Below are positions 25,855 through 35,383 of a stretch of 64,000 nt of DNA, one piece after another; position 1 is the stretch's first letter; the number at the start of each line of letters is the position of its first letter. The notes under the pieces were generated by a model that searched no databases, was not told where the DNA came from, and saw nothing but the letters and a program-made list of their open reading frames with translations. This DNA is from Myxococcota bacterium (GTDB lineage: Bacteria; Myxococcota_A; UBA9042; PHBI01; JAWLBL01), in the NCBI GenBank assembly GCA_041687695.1, contig JAWLBL010000032.1:1-64000 (forward strand), in the 5' to 3' direction. The position numbers and the translations under genes are program-made.

Positions 25855-27006
25855 TCAGAAGCGCAGGTGCGCCCCGAACACGGCCCCGTCGCGCGTCGGC
25901 GCGACCAGCGGCGTCATCCGCGCCGCGTCGTCACCGAACCCGTCCGCCTCGCCCGCGTCGTCGCCGCCCCAGATGAGGTAGGCGCCCACACCCGCCAGGC
26001 CGGCCGCCGTCGCGTACGACAGGAACGCGCCCACCTCGAGCGCGGTCACCGTCGACTGCCGCTCGTTGTACTCGGGCCCGGGCGGCAGGGCCTCGTTCGC
26101 CTTGCTGAACGCCACCGCGTGCAGGACCACCCCGGTCACCAGCGCCGCTCCGCCCAGCGTCATCAGCACGGGCCCGGTCGCGTCGCTGCCGCCGCCCTCT
26201 TCGACCTTGGCCACGCTGTCGGGCTCCATGGCGGCCGCCACCTGCGTCGGCTTGTCGGCCTCGACCACGATGGCCTGCTTGAAGGCGCGAAAGCCCGGGG
26301 CGCGGATCTCGAGGGCGTAGCTGCCGACCGGATACGGGACGCCGCGCATCGGCGCCACGTCGACCAGCGCGCCGTTCAGGAAGACCTGCGCGCCCGGCGC
26401 GTTGGCGGTCACGTCCAGGAACCCCTTGCGCTCGATCGGGCGCAGCACCAGCTCGATGGTCTGCTCGTCACCCGCCTGCACCGCGTACTCGCGCGTCTCG
26501 TCCTGGAACTCGGCCTTCTTGCCGACCAGCTTGACCGCCCCGGCGGGGACCCAGCGCTCGACCGGCGTCTGCAGGTGCCGCTCGGCCGGGTGCCCCTCGG
26601 CCTCGATGGCGATCTCGACCTGGCTGGGCACCGAGCGCACCCGCACGAGGCCGTGCGTCTTGCGCAGCGACGCCTCGATGCGGGTCATCCGCTGCCGCGC
26701 CTCCTTGGCGTAGGTGTAGCCGGGGTCCATGCGCAGCGCCTCGCTGAAGTAGGCGTACGCGGCCGACAGCTGCTTCATCTCCTCGTTGGCGCGCGCCAGG
26801 TTGTGGAAGAACTCGGGGTGCGGAGACAGCTTGAGCGCCTCCTCGAACAGCGCGGCCGCCTTCTCGAAGCGGCGGGCGCGCGCGTGCCCGAGGCCCTGCT
26901 CGGCCAGCTTGAAGGCCTTGTCCTGCTGCGTCTGCGCGCTGGCCGGCGCCGGCGCCGCCAGCAGCAGGGTCGCGGCGAGGATGAGCGAGGTCGTCAGTCG
27001 AGTCAT
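25855..27006 (-). CDS. TPR + PEGA domain exported protein
   Basis: Signal peptide, TPR helices, PEGA motifs (VRSVPS, ANAPGAQVFLNG), hydrophobic hairpin, C-terminal aromatic beta strand (LRF). Confidence 0.85.
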   Translation of the reverse strand: MTRLTTSLILAATLLLAAPAPASAQTQQDKAFKLAEQGLGHARARRFEKAAALFEEALKLSPHPEFFHNLARANEEMKQLSAAYAYFSEALRMDPGYTYAKEARQRMTRIEASLRKTHGLVRVRSVPSQVEIAIEAEGHPAERHLQTPVERWVPAGAVKLVGKKAEFQDETREYAVQAGDEQTIELVLRPIERKGFLDVTANAPGAQVFLNGALVDVAPMRGVPYPVGSYALEIRAPGFRAFKQAIVVEADKPTQVAAAMEPDSVAKVEEGGGSDATGPVLMTLGGAALVTGVVLHAVAFSKANEALPPGPEYNERQSTVTALEVGAFLSYATAAGLAGVGAYLIWGGDDAGEADGFGDDAARMTPLVAPTRDGAVFGAHLRF

Positions 27007-27102
27007 GATCCGGTTACCTGTCGACGCGCTGCGCCGAGCGTGCGTGCGCCGACGGACGCGGCCGGCGCGGGGGCTCGCGGCATCATCGAGGCGATCGCCC
27101 GA

Positions 27103-27861
27103 TCATTCAAGGGGGCTGCAGATGAGCTGGATCGAGTCGAGGTAGATCCCCGCGCCGCCGCGCACCCCGGTCACCACCATCCCCTTGGGGCACTTGACCT
27201 CGTAGGCGACGCCGCCTTCGCCGCCGGCCTGCGGCGAGTAGCGCGTCTTGGTGCCCACCGTGGCCTTGCCGCCGCCGCCCTTGAGCTGCTCGACGATCGC
27301 CTCCTCGGTCAGGTTGCCGACGCGGTCGGCGACCTTGGCGTGCTCGGCCTCGTAGGCGAGCCCCGCCTCCTCGGCGTAAGAGACGACGGCGCGGCCGCCG
27401 GGCGCGGGCGCGGCGGGGGCGGTGGCCGGGGCCGCGGGCGCGGTGGCGCCGACCGTGGCGACCGGCGGGACGGCCTCGGCGCCGGCGCGGATGGCCTTGG
27501 CGTCGATGCGCTCGCGCAGGATCTCCTCGCCGCCGGTGATCGACACCGCCAGGAACAGCTCGCTCAGCGGCAGGGTCGGCGGGATGGGGCGCTTGTAACC
27601 CAGGTCGACCAGGTACTTGCCCGAGTCGACGGCGACGAAGTGGCTCTCGCTCCAGACCGCCTTGCCGCCCTGCGGGCTGCGGTACAGCGAGAAGGTCAGC
27701 GGGAAGACGCCCCCGATGGGGCGGCGCTTGGAGTCCTGCAGCTTGCCTTCGTAGGCCACCGCGGCGCCGGTGGCGGCGGCCGGCGCCTGGGCCGAGACGC
27801 TGCCGATCGCGGTGAGCGAGGCGAGCAGGGCCACGAGCGAGAGGGTCGTGAGGGTGCGCAT
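27103..27861 (-). CDS. Secreted protein with YxGxL N-terminal domain and one jacalin-like repeat
   Basis: Signal peptide; YEGKL..LTFSLY..VWSE; C-terminal GGEGG..CPKGMVVTGVRGGAGIYLDSIQLIC. Confidence 0.75.
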   Translation of the reverse strand: MRTLTTLSLVALLASLTAIGSVSAQAPAAATGAAVAYEGKLQDSKRRPIGGVFPLTFSLYRSPQGGKAVWSESHFVAVDSGKYLVDLGYKRPIPPTLPLSELFLAVSITGGEEILRERIDAKAIRAGAEAVPPVATVGATAPAAPATAPAAPAPGGRAVVSYAEEAGLAYEAEHAKVADRVGNLTEEAIVEQLKGGGGKATVGTKTRYSPQAGGEGGVAYEVKCPKGMVVTGVRGGAGIYLDSIQLICSPLE

Positions 27862-27921
27862 CGGATCCTCGGAGGCGAAGAGGGCGGCCGCGGCGGACGC
27901 GTGGCCCGGGCGACCCGGTGG

Positions 27922-27950
27922 TATCTAGGGAACCCCGGCAGGGGTGTCAA
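27922..27950 (-). promoter_or_regulatory. Sigma70-type promoter
   Basis: TTGACA-N17-TAGATA upstream of 27861. Confidence 0.55.
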
Positions 27951-28004
27951 TCGACGGTCACGCCGCGCCGCGCGGGCGGCAGGTGGCCGATGGGGGCCAC
28001 TCCA

Positions 28005-29489
28005 CTACTGCTCGAGGACGAGGTAGCCGCCCTCGACCCGGGCGGTCGTGACCTCGCCGTCGGCCGCCGCGGGCGGCAGCACCAACAGCGGCAGCGTGTC
28101 CGTGAGCTGCGTCGCCAGCGCCGGCACGAAGGCCGCGGCGAAGGCCTCGTCCGGCGCGCCCAGCAGGCCCGGCTCGGCCCCTGCCGCCGTCAGCCGGACG
28201 TCCAACGGCTGCAGCCGCACCGTCCCGTCCGGGTCGACGCGCAGCGCGCTGGTCACCTCGACCTCGCCCCGCACCGTGGCCAGCCGCACCTGCGTGTCGT
28301 CCAGGGTCGCGTACACCTCGACCGCGACCCGCCCCGACTTGAGGGTCAGCTCGGGCCCCTCGACCCCCGCGCCGGCGGTCACGTCGGGCGCCTCCTCGGG
28401 CCACAGCCGCGCGTGCAGCCGCGCTCCGGCCGGCAGCCGCGACAGGGCGGGCCACGCGGTCGCCAGCTCGTCCGCGGCCAGCGTCATCCCGGCCGTGGCC
28501 CGGTCGCCGCACAGCCCGCCCGCGGCCCACAGCGCCGCCAGGCCGCGCCGCAGCACGTCCACGCTCACCAGCCAGGCCGCGCGCTGGGGCTCGGTCTTCG
28601 GGATCGGCCGCCCCGACGCCGCCGGCAGCGGGACGTCCGGCGCGCACGGGTGCCGCGCCGCGCCGATGTCCACCGCGAACGGCACCACCAGCTGCTCGCC
28701 CACCAGCTGCATCCACCCGCTGCCGGCCAGCTCGGGCGGCCGGACCACCATCAGCGCCTCGCCCTCACCCAGGGCCCCGTCGGCCAGCCGCGCCCCGACC
28801 TGCATCGTCAGGTTCAGCCCCAGCCCCTGCGGCAGCAGCGTCACCAGCTTGGGGACGATCAGCGGCTCGAGGTCCTCGGCCACCCGCTGCGCCATCGCCG
28901 CCATCAGCGCCGCCTCGACCTTCGCGTCGCCGGCGAACCAGCACCCGTCGTGCGTCAGGTAGGGCGCCTCCAGGTGGGCCGTCGCCGCGCCGGCCGCCTT
29001 GGCCTTGACCTGCCCCATCTTGTCGGCGCTGAAGCCGATGACCACGTCCAGCGCAAGAGAGGTCACCGTCAACCCGAAGGCGCAGACGCCCCCCGTGCTC
29101 TTCTGGACGGTCACGTACAGGGGCTGGGCGTCGAGCGCGATCCCGAGCTCGAGCCCGCTCGGACCCGCCACGAGCTCGGCCTCGCGCGGCGTCACCTGGC
29201 CATCGGCCCACGCGAGGGTGGCCTCGACGCCGTCGCCCCACTGTGGCATCGGCACCTGCACGGATCCCTCGAGCTCCAACCCCTGTGGGAAGGCGGCCTC
29301 GAGCGCGCCGGCGGCGTCCAGCGCCGCGACGGCCACCGCCTCGGGCCCGACCACGACCACCAGGCCGTTGGGCACGGGCGCCACCGGCGCGGGCGGGTCG
29401 CTGCCGAGTCCGCCGCCCCAGGGCAGCCCCGAGCAGGCCCCCAGCGTGGCGGCCGCGAGCGCCGCCAGGCCCATCGTGACGCGCCTCAT
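28005..29489 (-). CDS. Lipoprotein, possibly LBP/BPI (TULIP)-like fold
   Basis: Lipobox LGA-C; long beta strands plus helices; ALWAAGGLC motif seen in myxobacterial BPI-like proteins. Confidence 0.6.
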   Translation of the reverse strand: MRRVTMGLAALAAATLGACSGLPWGGGLGSDPPAPVAPVPNGLVVVVGPEAVAVAALDAAGALEAAFPQGLELEGSVQVPMPQWGDGVEATLAWADGQVTPREAELVAGPSGLELGIALDAQPLYVTVQKSTGGVCAFGLTVTSLALDVVIGFSADKMGQVKAKAAGAATAHLEAPYLTHDGCWFAGDAKVEAALMAAMAQRVAEDLEPLIVPKLVTLLPQGLGLNLTMQVGARLADGALGEGEALMVVRPPELAGSGWMQLVGEQLVVPFAVDIGAARHPCAPDVPLPAASGRPIPKTEPQRAAWLVSVDVLRRGLAALWAAGGLCGDRATAGMTLAADELATAWPALSRLPAGARLHARLWPEEAPDVTAGAGVEGPELTLKSGRVAVEVYATLDDTQVRLATVRGEVEVTSALRVDPDGTVRLQPLDVRLTAAGAEPGLLGAPDEAFAAAFVPALATQLTDTLPLLVLPPAAADGEVTTARVEGGYLVLEQ

Positions 29490-30799
29490 GGCGAGGTCCC
29501 CCCAGTCAGCACGAACGGGACCAGGCGCGTGCGCGGCGCCTCGCCCTCGACGAAGGCGCCGTAGGCCCCCCGCAGCGAGCCGTCGGCCGCGATCCCGAAG
29601 TCGACGTACACCCCCGGCGGCAGCCCCTCGAGGTCGCCGCCCGGCGTGACCAGGCCGCCCGCGACGGTCGCCCGCTCGAGCACGTTGCGCGTCGCGTCCA
29701 GGTACAGGAGCACGGCGCGTCCTTGTGCGTCGAAGCGCATCGCGACGTGCTGGCCGACCACGGCGCGCCGCGTCGCGCCCGTCGCCGGATCGAGGTAGAC
29801 CCCGTCGTCGACGGTCAGCGGCTTGGGGGAGGGGCCGCCGGGCGACAGGTAGCGCAGGGCGCCGCGCGTCGCGTCGAAGTAGGCGATGGCGACCCGCCGC
29901 TTGAGGTCGACGGCCACGCGCGCGAAGCGGCCCACGTCGCCCGTGTCGAGGTCGGTGGCGGGGTCGCGGCCGTCCAGGGTGGTGACGGTCCAGGCGCCGC
30001 CGTCGCCGCGTTCGGCCATCTTGAGGTCGCCGCGCAGGCGGTCATAGAAGGCGATGCGCGGCCGGCCGGCCACGACGGCGAGGGCGGCCCACTCGCCGTA
30101 GTCCTCTTCGCCGGCGCGTGGGCAGTCGGCCTCGCCGGCGCAGACCGGCAGGGTCGAGGCGCGCCAGGTGCCGTCGCTCTGGCGCTCGGCGTGGCGGAGG
30201 GCGCGGGCGGTGTCGTCGCGGTAGGCGAGGTGCACGGTGCCGTCCTCGGCGAGCGCCAGGCTGGCGTGTCGGCCGCGGTCGGCCGCCCCGACGCCGTCGG
30301 CCACTTCGAAGGGGGCCGAGGATGGGAAGCGCGTGTAGCGCAGCTCTCCCTGGTCGGCGTCGTACCAGGCCACGTGGACCGGCGCGTCCTGGCCCTGGGC
30401 GTCGGCCGGCTCGGGCTCGAGGGCGACGGTCGCGAACTGGCCGCTGTCGGTCTCGACCAGGGCGTGCGCCTCGACGCGCCAGCCGTCGACGAGGCGCTCC
30501 TCGAAGGTGCCGTCGGCGCGCTCGAGGCTCAGGACCAGGTTGCCGTAGGTGGTGTCGTAGGTCGCGATGACGCGCCGGCCGTCGGGTCGCAGGGCGACCG
30601 ACGTGTAGCGGCCCAGGTCGCCGGTCGTGCGCGGCGGCTCGATGGGCACGCAGCCGCCCTCGCCACAGACCTGACCCGCGGGGCAGGCCTCGTCGACGCA
30701 GGTGACCTCGATGCCTTCGCCGCAGGCCGTGGCCTGGGCGCCGAGGACGAGGAGCAGGGGAGCTATGAGCCATCGGCGGCCGGCAGCGGTGCGCATCAC
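29486..30799 (-). CDS. Lipoprotein with beta-propeller-like repeats
   Basis: Lipobox ATA-C; about 6 repeats of D-G-Y/F/H-S-AL...IAY/FYD...G-L-Y. Confidence 0.8.
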   Translation of the reverse strand: MMRTAAGRRWLIAPLLLVLGAQATACGEGIEVTCVDEACPAGQVCGEGGCVPIEPPRTTGDLGRYTSVALRPDGRRVIATYDTTYGNLVLSLERADGTFEERLVDGWRVEAHALVETDSGQFATVALEPEPADAQGQDAPVHVAWYDADQGELRYTRFPSSAPFEVADGVGAADRGRHASLALAEDGTVHLAYRDDTARALRHAERQSDGTWRASTLPVCAGEADCPRAGEEDYGEWAALAVVAGRPRIAFYDRLRGDLKMAERGDGGAWTVTTLDGRDPATDLDTGDVGRFARVAVDLKRRVAIAYFDATRGALRYLSPGGPSPKPLTVDDGVYLDPATGATRRAVVGQHVAMRFDAQGRAVLLYLDATRNVLERATVAGGLVTPGGDLEGLPPGVYVDFGIAADGSLRGAYGAFVEGEAPRTRLVPFVLTGGTSP

Positions 30800-30805
30800 C
30801 GCGCA

Positions 30806-30920
30806 AGGCTATGCAGGCGGCGGCGGCGGATCAACAAACCGAGTCGCGGACGCGTCCGGCGGCGCGGGGTCCGAGCGCCTGGCGGCGTCGTTGACCCTCG
30901 GGGGCTGCGGCCCGTACAGT
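30806..30920. promoter_or_regulatory. Divergent sigma70-type promoter pair
   Basis: Minus: TTGATC-N17-TAGCCT (30834-30806). Plus: TTGACC-N18-TACAGT (30891-30920). Confidence 0.5.
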
Positions 30921-30927
30921 GGCGCCC

Positions 30928-32817
30928 ATGTCCGAGCGCGCCCCCGACCGCCAGCCCGAACCTGCCGTGACCCCGCCGCCCGAACCCGAGGGCGTCGCCG
31001 GGCGGGACGCCGCCGAGGCGGGCCGCGAGACGCGCCACGAGCTGGATCCGCAGGAGCGGCCGACGGCGCTGCAGGCCAAGGACGGCGAGGCGACGGCCGT
31101 GTCCGGGCGCGCGGCGGCGACGAACCACGGGCTCGAGGACCCGGGGCGAGAGGATCTGGGCCGCCGCATCCTGCAGCGCATGGAGGCCGCCGACGCCAGC
31201 GGTCCGGCGCGGGACCCGCTCATCGGGCAGGAGATCGCCGGGCGCTTCCTGGTCGAGAGCAAGATCGGCGAGGGCGGCATGGGCGCGGTCTACAAGGCCC
31301 GCCAGCGCAACATGGACCGGCACGTGGCCATCAAGGTCCTGCTGCGCGGCATGTCGACCAACGACACGGTCATCCGCCGCTTCCAGCTCGAGGCGTTGGC
31401 CGTCTCGAAGCTCAAGCACCCCAACACCATCCAGATCTTCGACTTCGGCGAGACGCCCGACGGGCAGCTCTACATCGCGATGGAGTTCCTGGAGGGCACG
31501 CCCCTCCAGAAGGTGCTGTCGACCGAGCGCCTGGTCCCGGCCAAGCGCGCCCTGCGCATCGGCGCCCAGATCGCCAAGAGCCTGCGCGAGGCGCACGGCA
31601 AGGGGATCATCCACCGCGACCTCAAGCCGGACAACGTCTTTCTGTGCACGGTCGGCGAGCAGACCGACTTCGTGAAGGTGCTGGACTTCGGCGTCGCCAA
31701 GATCAAGGAGGGCGACGAGAAGCAGGCCACCCTGACCAAGGCCGGCGCCATCTTCGGCACGCCGCGCTACATGTCGCCCGAGCAGTCGGTCTCGGCCAAC
31801 GTCGACCACCGGTCGGATCTCTACGCCATCGGCGTCATCCTCTACGAGATGATGCTGGGCAAGCCGCCGTTCGACGCGGACACGGCGGTGGGCATCCTCA
31901 TCAAGCACATGCAGGAGGAGGCGCCCAGCTTCGTGCAGGCCCGCCCCGACGTCGTCCTGCCCGACGAGGTCGAGGCGCTGGTCATGCGCCTGCTCTCCAA
32001 GTCGCCCGACGACCGCCCGCAGTCGGCCGAGGCGCTCATCCGCGAGCTCGAGACCGTCGAGGCCGCCCTCGACGACACCTGGCGCAAGGTCGTCACCCTC
32101 GACAACGCCGAGGCGCTGGGGCTCGACCCCAACCGACCGGCGCGCACCCAGCACAACACGCGCCTCACCGCCGCCCAGACCGCCCTCGGGCAGACCATGC
32201 CCGGCGCGGCCGGCGACACCCTCTTCGCCGAGCCGAAGAAGCGAAAGCCCTGGCTGGGGCTGACCCTGGGCCTGCTCGGCCTCGCGGGCGGGGGCGCCGC
32301 CTTCACCTGGGTCAGCATCGAGCCCTTGCCCGAGGCGTGGCGCGGCTTCGGTCGCCTCGCCGACGCGCAGGCCCCGCTGGCCATCGTGGGCGAGGTGCCC
32401 GAGCTGCAGGTCGCCGAGGTCATGCTGACCATCGCAAGCGATCCCTCCGAGGCCGAGGTCTGGCGGGACGGCAAGCTCGTCCAGCAGACGCCGCTCGTGC
32501 TGCGCGAGCGCCGCGGCGCGGTCCCGGTCTCGCTGACCTTCAAGAAGGAAGGCTTCCGCGACTACACGCGGACCTTCGAGCTGACCGCCGACCTGACGAC
32601 CACCATCAAGCTCGACCCCATCCCCGCCCCGCCGAAGGACCCGCCGCCCGAGCCGCGGGACGCCACCATCAAGAAGCCGCCGGTGGTCAAGCCCAAGGTC
32701 GAGGAGCCCAAGGCCGTCACGCCGCCCACGCCGGTCAAGCCGACGCCGGTCAAGGACCCCAAGCCCAACCCCTACGACACCCCGCGCAAGGTCCGCGACA
32801 CCAAGTCGCCCTACTGA
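30928..32817 (+). CDS. Hanks-type Ser/Thr protein kinase with TM helix and PEGA domain
   Basis: GEGGMG, VAIK, HRDLKPDN, DFG, GTPRYMSPE; TM, PEGA, Pro/Lys-rich tail. Confidence 0.95.
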   Translation: MSERAPDRQPEPAVTPPPEPEGVAGRDAAEAGRETRHELDPQERPTALQAKDGEATAVSGRAAATNHGLEDPGREDLGRRILQRMEAADASGPARDPLIGQEIAGRFLVESKIGEGGMGAVYKARQRNMDRHVAIKVLLRGMSTNDTVIRRFQLEALAVSKLKHPNTIQIFDFGETPDGQLYIAMEFLEGTPLQKVLSTERLVPAKRALRIGAQIAKSLREAHGKGIIHRDLKPDNVFLCTVGEQTDFVKVLDFGVAKIKEGDEKQATLTKAGAIFGTPRYMSPEQSVSANVDHRSDLYAIGVILYEMMLGKPPFDADTAVGILIKHMQEEAPSFVQARPDVVLPDEVEALVMRLLSKSPDDRPQSAEALIRELETVEAALDDTWRKVVTLDNAEALGLDPNRPARTQHNTRLTAAQTALGQTMPGAAGDTLFAEPKKRKPWLGLTLGLLGLAGGGAAFTWVSIEPLPEAWRGFGRLADAQAPLAIVGEVPELQVAEVMLTIASDPSEAEVWRDGKLVQQTPLVLRERRGAVPVSLTFKKEGFRDYTRTFELTADLTTTIKLDPIPAPPKDPPPEPRDATIKKPPVVKPKVEEPKAVTPPTPVKPTPVKDPKPNPYDTPRKVRDTKSPY

Positions 32818-32925
32818 GGGTGACACCGAGTCGCCCTACTGAGGGTGACACCGAGTCGCCCTACTGAGGGCGGCACCAGGTCGCCCTACTGAGGGCGGCG
32901 CCAAGAAGACACCCCACTGAAGGGG
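32797..32925. repeat. 25-bp tandem repeat of the kinase 3' end (4 copies plus 1 degenerate)
   Basis: GACACC(A/G)AGTCGCCCTACTGAGGG(T/C) and variants at 32797, 32822, 32847, 32872. Confidence 0.92.
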
Positions 32926-32952
32926 CCCTTGGCGCCGCGGTGAGCCGGCGGG

Positions 32953-34113
32953 CTACTCGGCGGGGGCCGGGGCGGTGTCGGACGCGCAGCGGAACCCGAC
33001 GTGCGAGAAGCTCTGGGTCGGGTCGGCCTTGTCGCGCGCGCCGCTGGGGAAGCGGCAGACCGCCTTGGCGTCGTCGCGCACGCTGGCGCCGCGGATGACG
33101 CGCTCGGTCCCCAGGACGTCCGCCGTCAGCTGCGCGATGGTCAGCGGCTGCGCGCTGGCGGCGTACTGCACACACCCCACCGAGGTGTTGAAGGCGTCCT
33201 GCGGGCAGGCGTAGAAGCAGGCCTGGCCTTCGGGCAGCGTGTCGCAAGCGTCGCAGTCGCGGCAGGCGGTCAGGCACGCCTGGTCCGACGTCGAGCACTC
33301 CCAGCACGGCGTGCAGGGCGGCGTCGGGTCGGCGCAGGTCACCCGCCGCTCGAAGGGCTCGGCCACCCACTCGGCGGCGTTGCCGAACAGGTTGTAGACG
33401 CGCCCGCCGGGCTCGACCACGAAGTCCTTGCTGGTCGACGTCAGCTGGCCGTCCTCGCCAACGATGGGCGCGCGCTCGAGGTCCTGCAGGTCGGAGCAGA
33501 ACTTGGTGCGCAGCTCGGCCTCGCGGCACTGCGCCCGGGTGGTGATGTCCTGCGCCGGGAACGGCCGCGGGTTCGCGAGATCCGGCCCCTTGGCGACCCG
33601 CTCCCACTCGACCTCGCTGGGCAGCCGCCGCCCCAGGAACTCGCAGTACTCCTGCGCCTGGCGCCACGTCACGTTCACCACCGGGTGATCGTGCCAGCGC
33701 TCGACGTCGTAGTACTCCTCCTGCGACGCCGACAGCGCGTTCACGAAGCGCGGCGCCGTGCAGCCGCCCGCCGCCACGCAGTAGGCGTACTGCTCGTTGG
33801 TGACCTCGTGGGCGTCGATCCAGAAGTCCGGCACCGTGACCAGCACCTTGGGGAACCAGTCCTGCAGCGTCTCGGGGCTACCCACCCCGCACACGTCGGC
33901 GTTCTCGTTGTCGTCGAAGCAGGGCTCCTCCATCCCGAACGGGAAGGCGCCGCTGGTCTGGATCGGCACCATCGGCGTCGGCGCGGGCGGCTCGAGCCCC
34001 TCGGCGCAGCCGCCGACGAGGGCCAGTCCGGCCCCCGCGACCCCCACCATCACCCGAGCCATCACAGTCCTCACGCTCATCGGAACCCCTGCTTTCACGC
34101 GCGCCGTCGTCAT
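32953..34113 (-). CDS. FGE-sulfatase (formylglycine-generating enzyme-like) domain lipoprotein, Cys-rich
   Basis: Lipobox VGG-C; FWIDAHEVTN, RLPSEVEWE, GNAAEWV, RVIRG, GFRC. Confidence 0.88.
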   Translation of the reverse strand: MTTARVKAGVPMSVRTVMARVMVGVAGAGLALVGGCAEGLEPPAPTPMVPIQTSGAFPFGMEEPCFDDNENADVCGVGSPETLQDWFPKVLVTVPDFWIDAHEVTNEQYAYCVAAGGCTAPRFVNALSASQEEYYDVERWHDHPVVNVTWRQAQEYCEFLGRRLPSEVEWERVAKGPDLANPRPFPAQDITTRAQCREAELRTKFCSDLQDLERAPIVGEDGQLTSTSKDFVVEPGGRVYNLFGNAAEWVAEPFERRVTCADPTPPCTPCWECSTSDQACLTACRDCDACDTLPEGQACFYACPQDAFNTSVGCVQYAASAQPLTIAQLTADVLGTERVIRGASVRDDAKAVCRFPSGARDKADPTQSFSHVGFRCASDTAPAPAE

Positions 34114-34127
34114 CCGTCGGGCCCCGC

Positions 34128-35303
34128 TCAGAACCGCACGTCCAGCATGGCCCCGTTCGGGGCCGCCACGACCGACGCCCGCGCCTTCTTCGGCGCGAGG
34201 CCCTCGGCGATGGCGTCGGCCGGCTTGACCGCCTGATCGTCGAGCCCCTCGAGGATGAGCAGCAGGATGCCCAGCCCGCCGGCGACGCCGCCGCCGATGT
34301 AGCCGATGTCCTGCAGCTGCTCGAGATCCTCGAAGTCCTGCGTGCCGCGGTACTCCTTGTCGGCCTGCCAGCTGGCGATGCCGCCGCCGACGCCCAGCAG
34401 CACGCCCGTCGCCACCAGCGTCCAGCCGGTCGCCGACTTCCATGTGCTGGGCGGGTCGCGCAGCCACAGCTCGGCGTCCAGCTCGTGCACGCCGTCGCGC
34501 GCGACCTGCACCGCGTGCGAGACCTCCTCGTAGTCGTCCTTGGTCACCAGGATCTGGTGCCGGCCCTCTTGCAGCACGATGTCGTCCTGATAGGGCGTGA
34601 TGCCGATGTTGCGCCCGTCGACGAAGATGTTGGCGCCCTTGATGTTCGACCGCAGCTTGACCACACCCACGTTGCGGACGGGCTCGAGCTTGAAGACGAA
34701 CTTGCGCGCCTCGCCCTGGCGCACCTGGAAGTCGGTCTCGAAGGGCTGGTAGCCCTTGGCCTCGAGGTACAGCTTGTAGGTGCCGGGCTCGCGGCGCGTC
34801 ACGAACGGCGTCTGCCCCAGCAGCGTGTTCTTGTCGTCGAGGTAGATGTTGGCGCCCGGCGGCTCGGACTCGATGGTCAGCTCGAGGGCCGTGCCGAGTC
34901 GGCACTTGGCGATGCTGTTCTTGATGTCGACGATGTCCGGCGGCTCGCGGTCATTGGCCTTGCGGTACAGGTCGACGTAGTCCTCGTACCACTTGATGCA
35001 CTGCTCGGCCTCGCCGAGCCGCTCGTAGGCCTTGGCGATGTTGTAGACGTTGACCGGCGCGGGCCAGATCTCATGGGCCTTCATCCACGCCCGGATGGCC
35101 GCCTGGTACAGCTCGCGGTCGTAGAGGTCCTGGCCCTCCATGTAGTACTGACCGGCCTGGGACTTGCGCTCGGCGTCAGGGTCGACCTGCTCGGTCTCCT
35201 CGGGAGGGGTCTGCGGCAGGGCGGCGCGCGGCCAGCTCGCGGCGACCACGACGGCGCCCGCGAGGACCAGCGGACCCAGGCGTTGCAGGGGGGCGATGCG
35301 CAT
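34128..35303 (-). CDS. TPR + PEGA domain exported protein
   Basis: Signal peptide, TPR, two PEGA (SEPPGANIYLD..GQTP; GANIFVDG..GITP), hydrophobic hairpin, C-terminal VRF. Confidence 0.88.
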   Translation of the reverse strand: MRIAPLQRLGPLVLAGAVVVAASWPRAALPQTPPEETEQVDPDAERKSQAGQYYMEGQDLYDRELYQAAIRAWMKAHEIWPAPVNVYNIAKAYERLGEAEQCIKWYEDYVDLYRKANDREPPDIVDIKNSIAKCRLGTALELTIESEPPGANIYLDDKNTLLGQTPFVTRREPGTYKLYLEAKGYQPFETDFQVRQGEARKFVFKLEPVRNVGVVKLRSNIKGANIFVDGRNIGITPYQDDIVLQEGRHQILVTKDDYEEVSHAVQVARDGVHELDAELWLRDPPSTWKSATGWTLVATGVLLGVGGGIASWQADKEYRGTQDFEDLEQLQDIGYIGGGVAGGLGILLLILEGLDDQAVKPADAIAEGLAPKKARASVVAAPNGAMLDVRF

Positions 35304-35332
35304 CTACGTCTCCGGCTCCAGGCTTGGGCCGG

Positions 35333-35361
35333 AACCTAGCCAGCACACCATCCCCTGTCAA
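35333..35361 (-). promoter_or_regulatory. Sigma70-type promoter
   Basis: TTGACA-N17-TAGGTT upstream of 35303. Confidence 0.55.
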
Positions 35362-35383
35362 CGTCGCCCCGGCCGCGGAACGA

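Noticed and set aside
32797..32925. 25-bp repeat as a mini-CRISPR
   Set aside because: Units abut with no spacers and derive from the kinase coding end.
32953..34113. FGE-domain gene as a diversity-generating retroelement target
   Set aside because: No reverse transcriptase and no template/variable repeat pair seen in the window.
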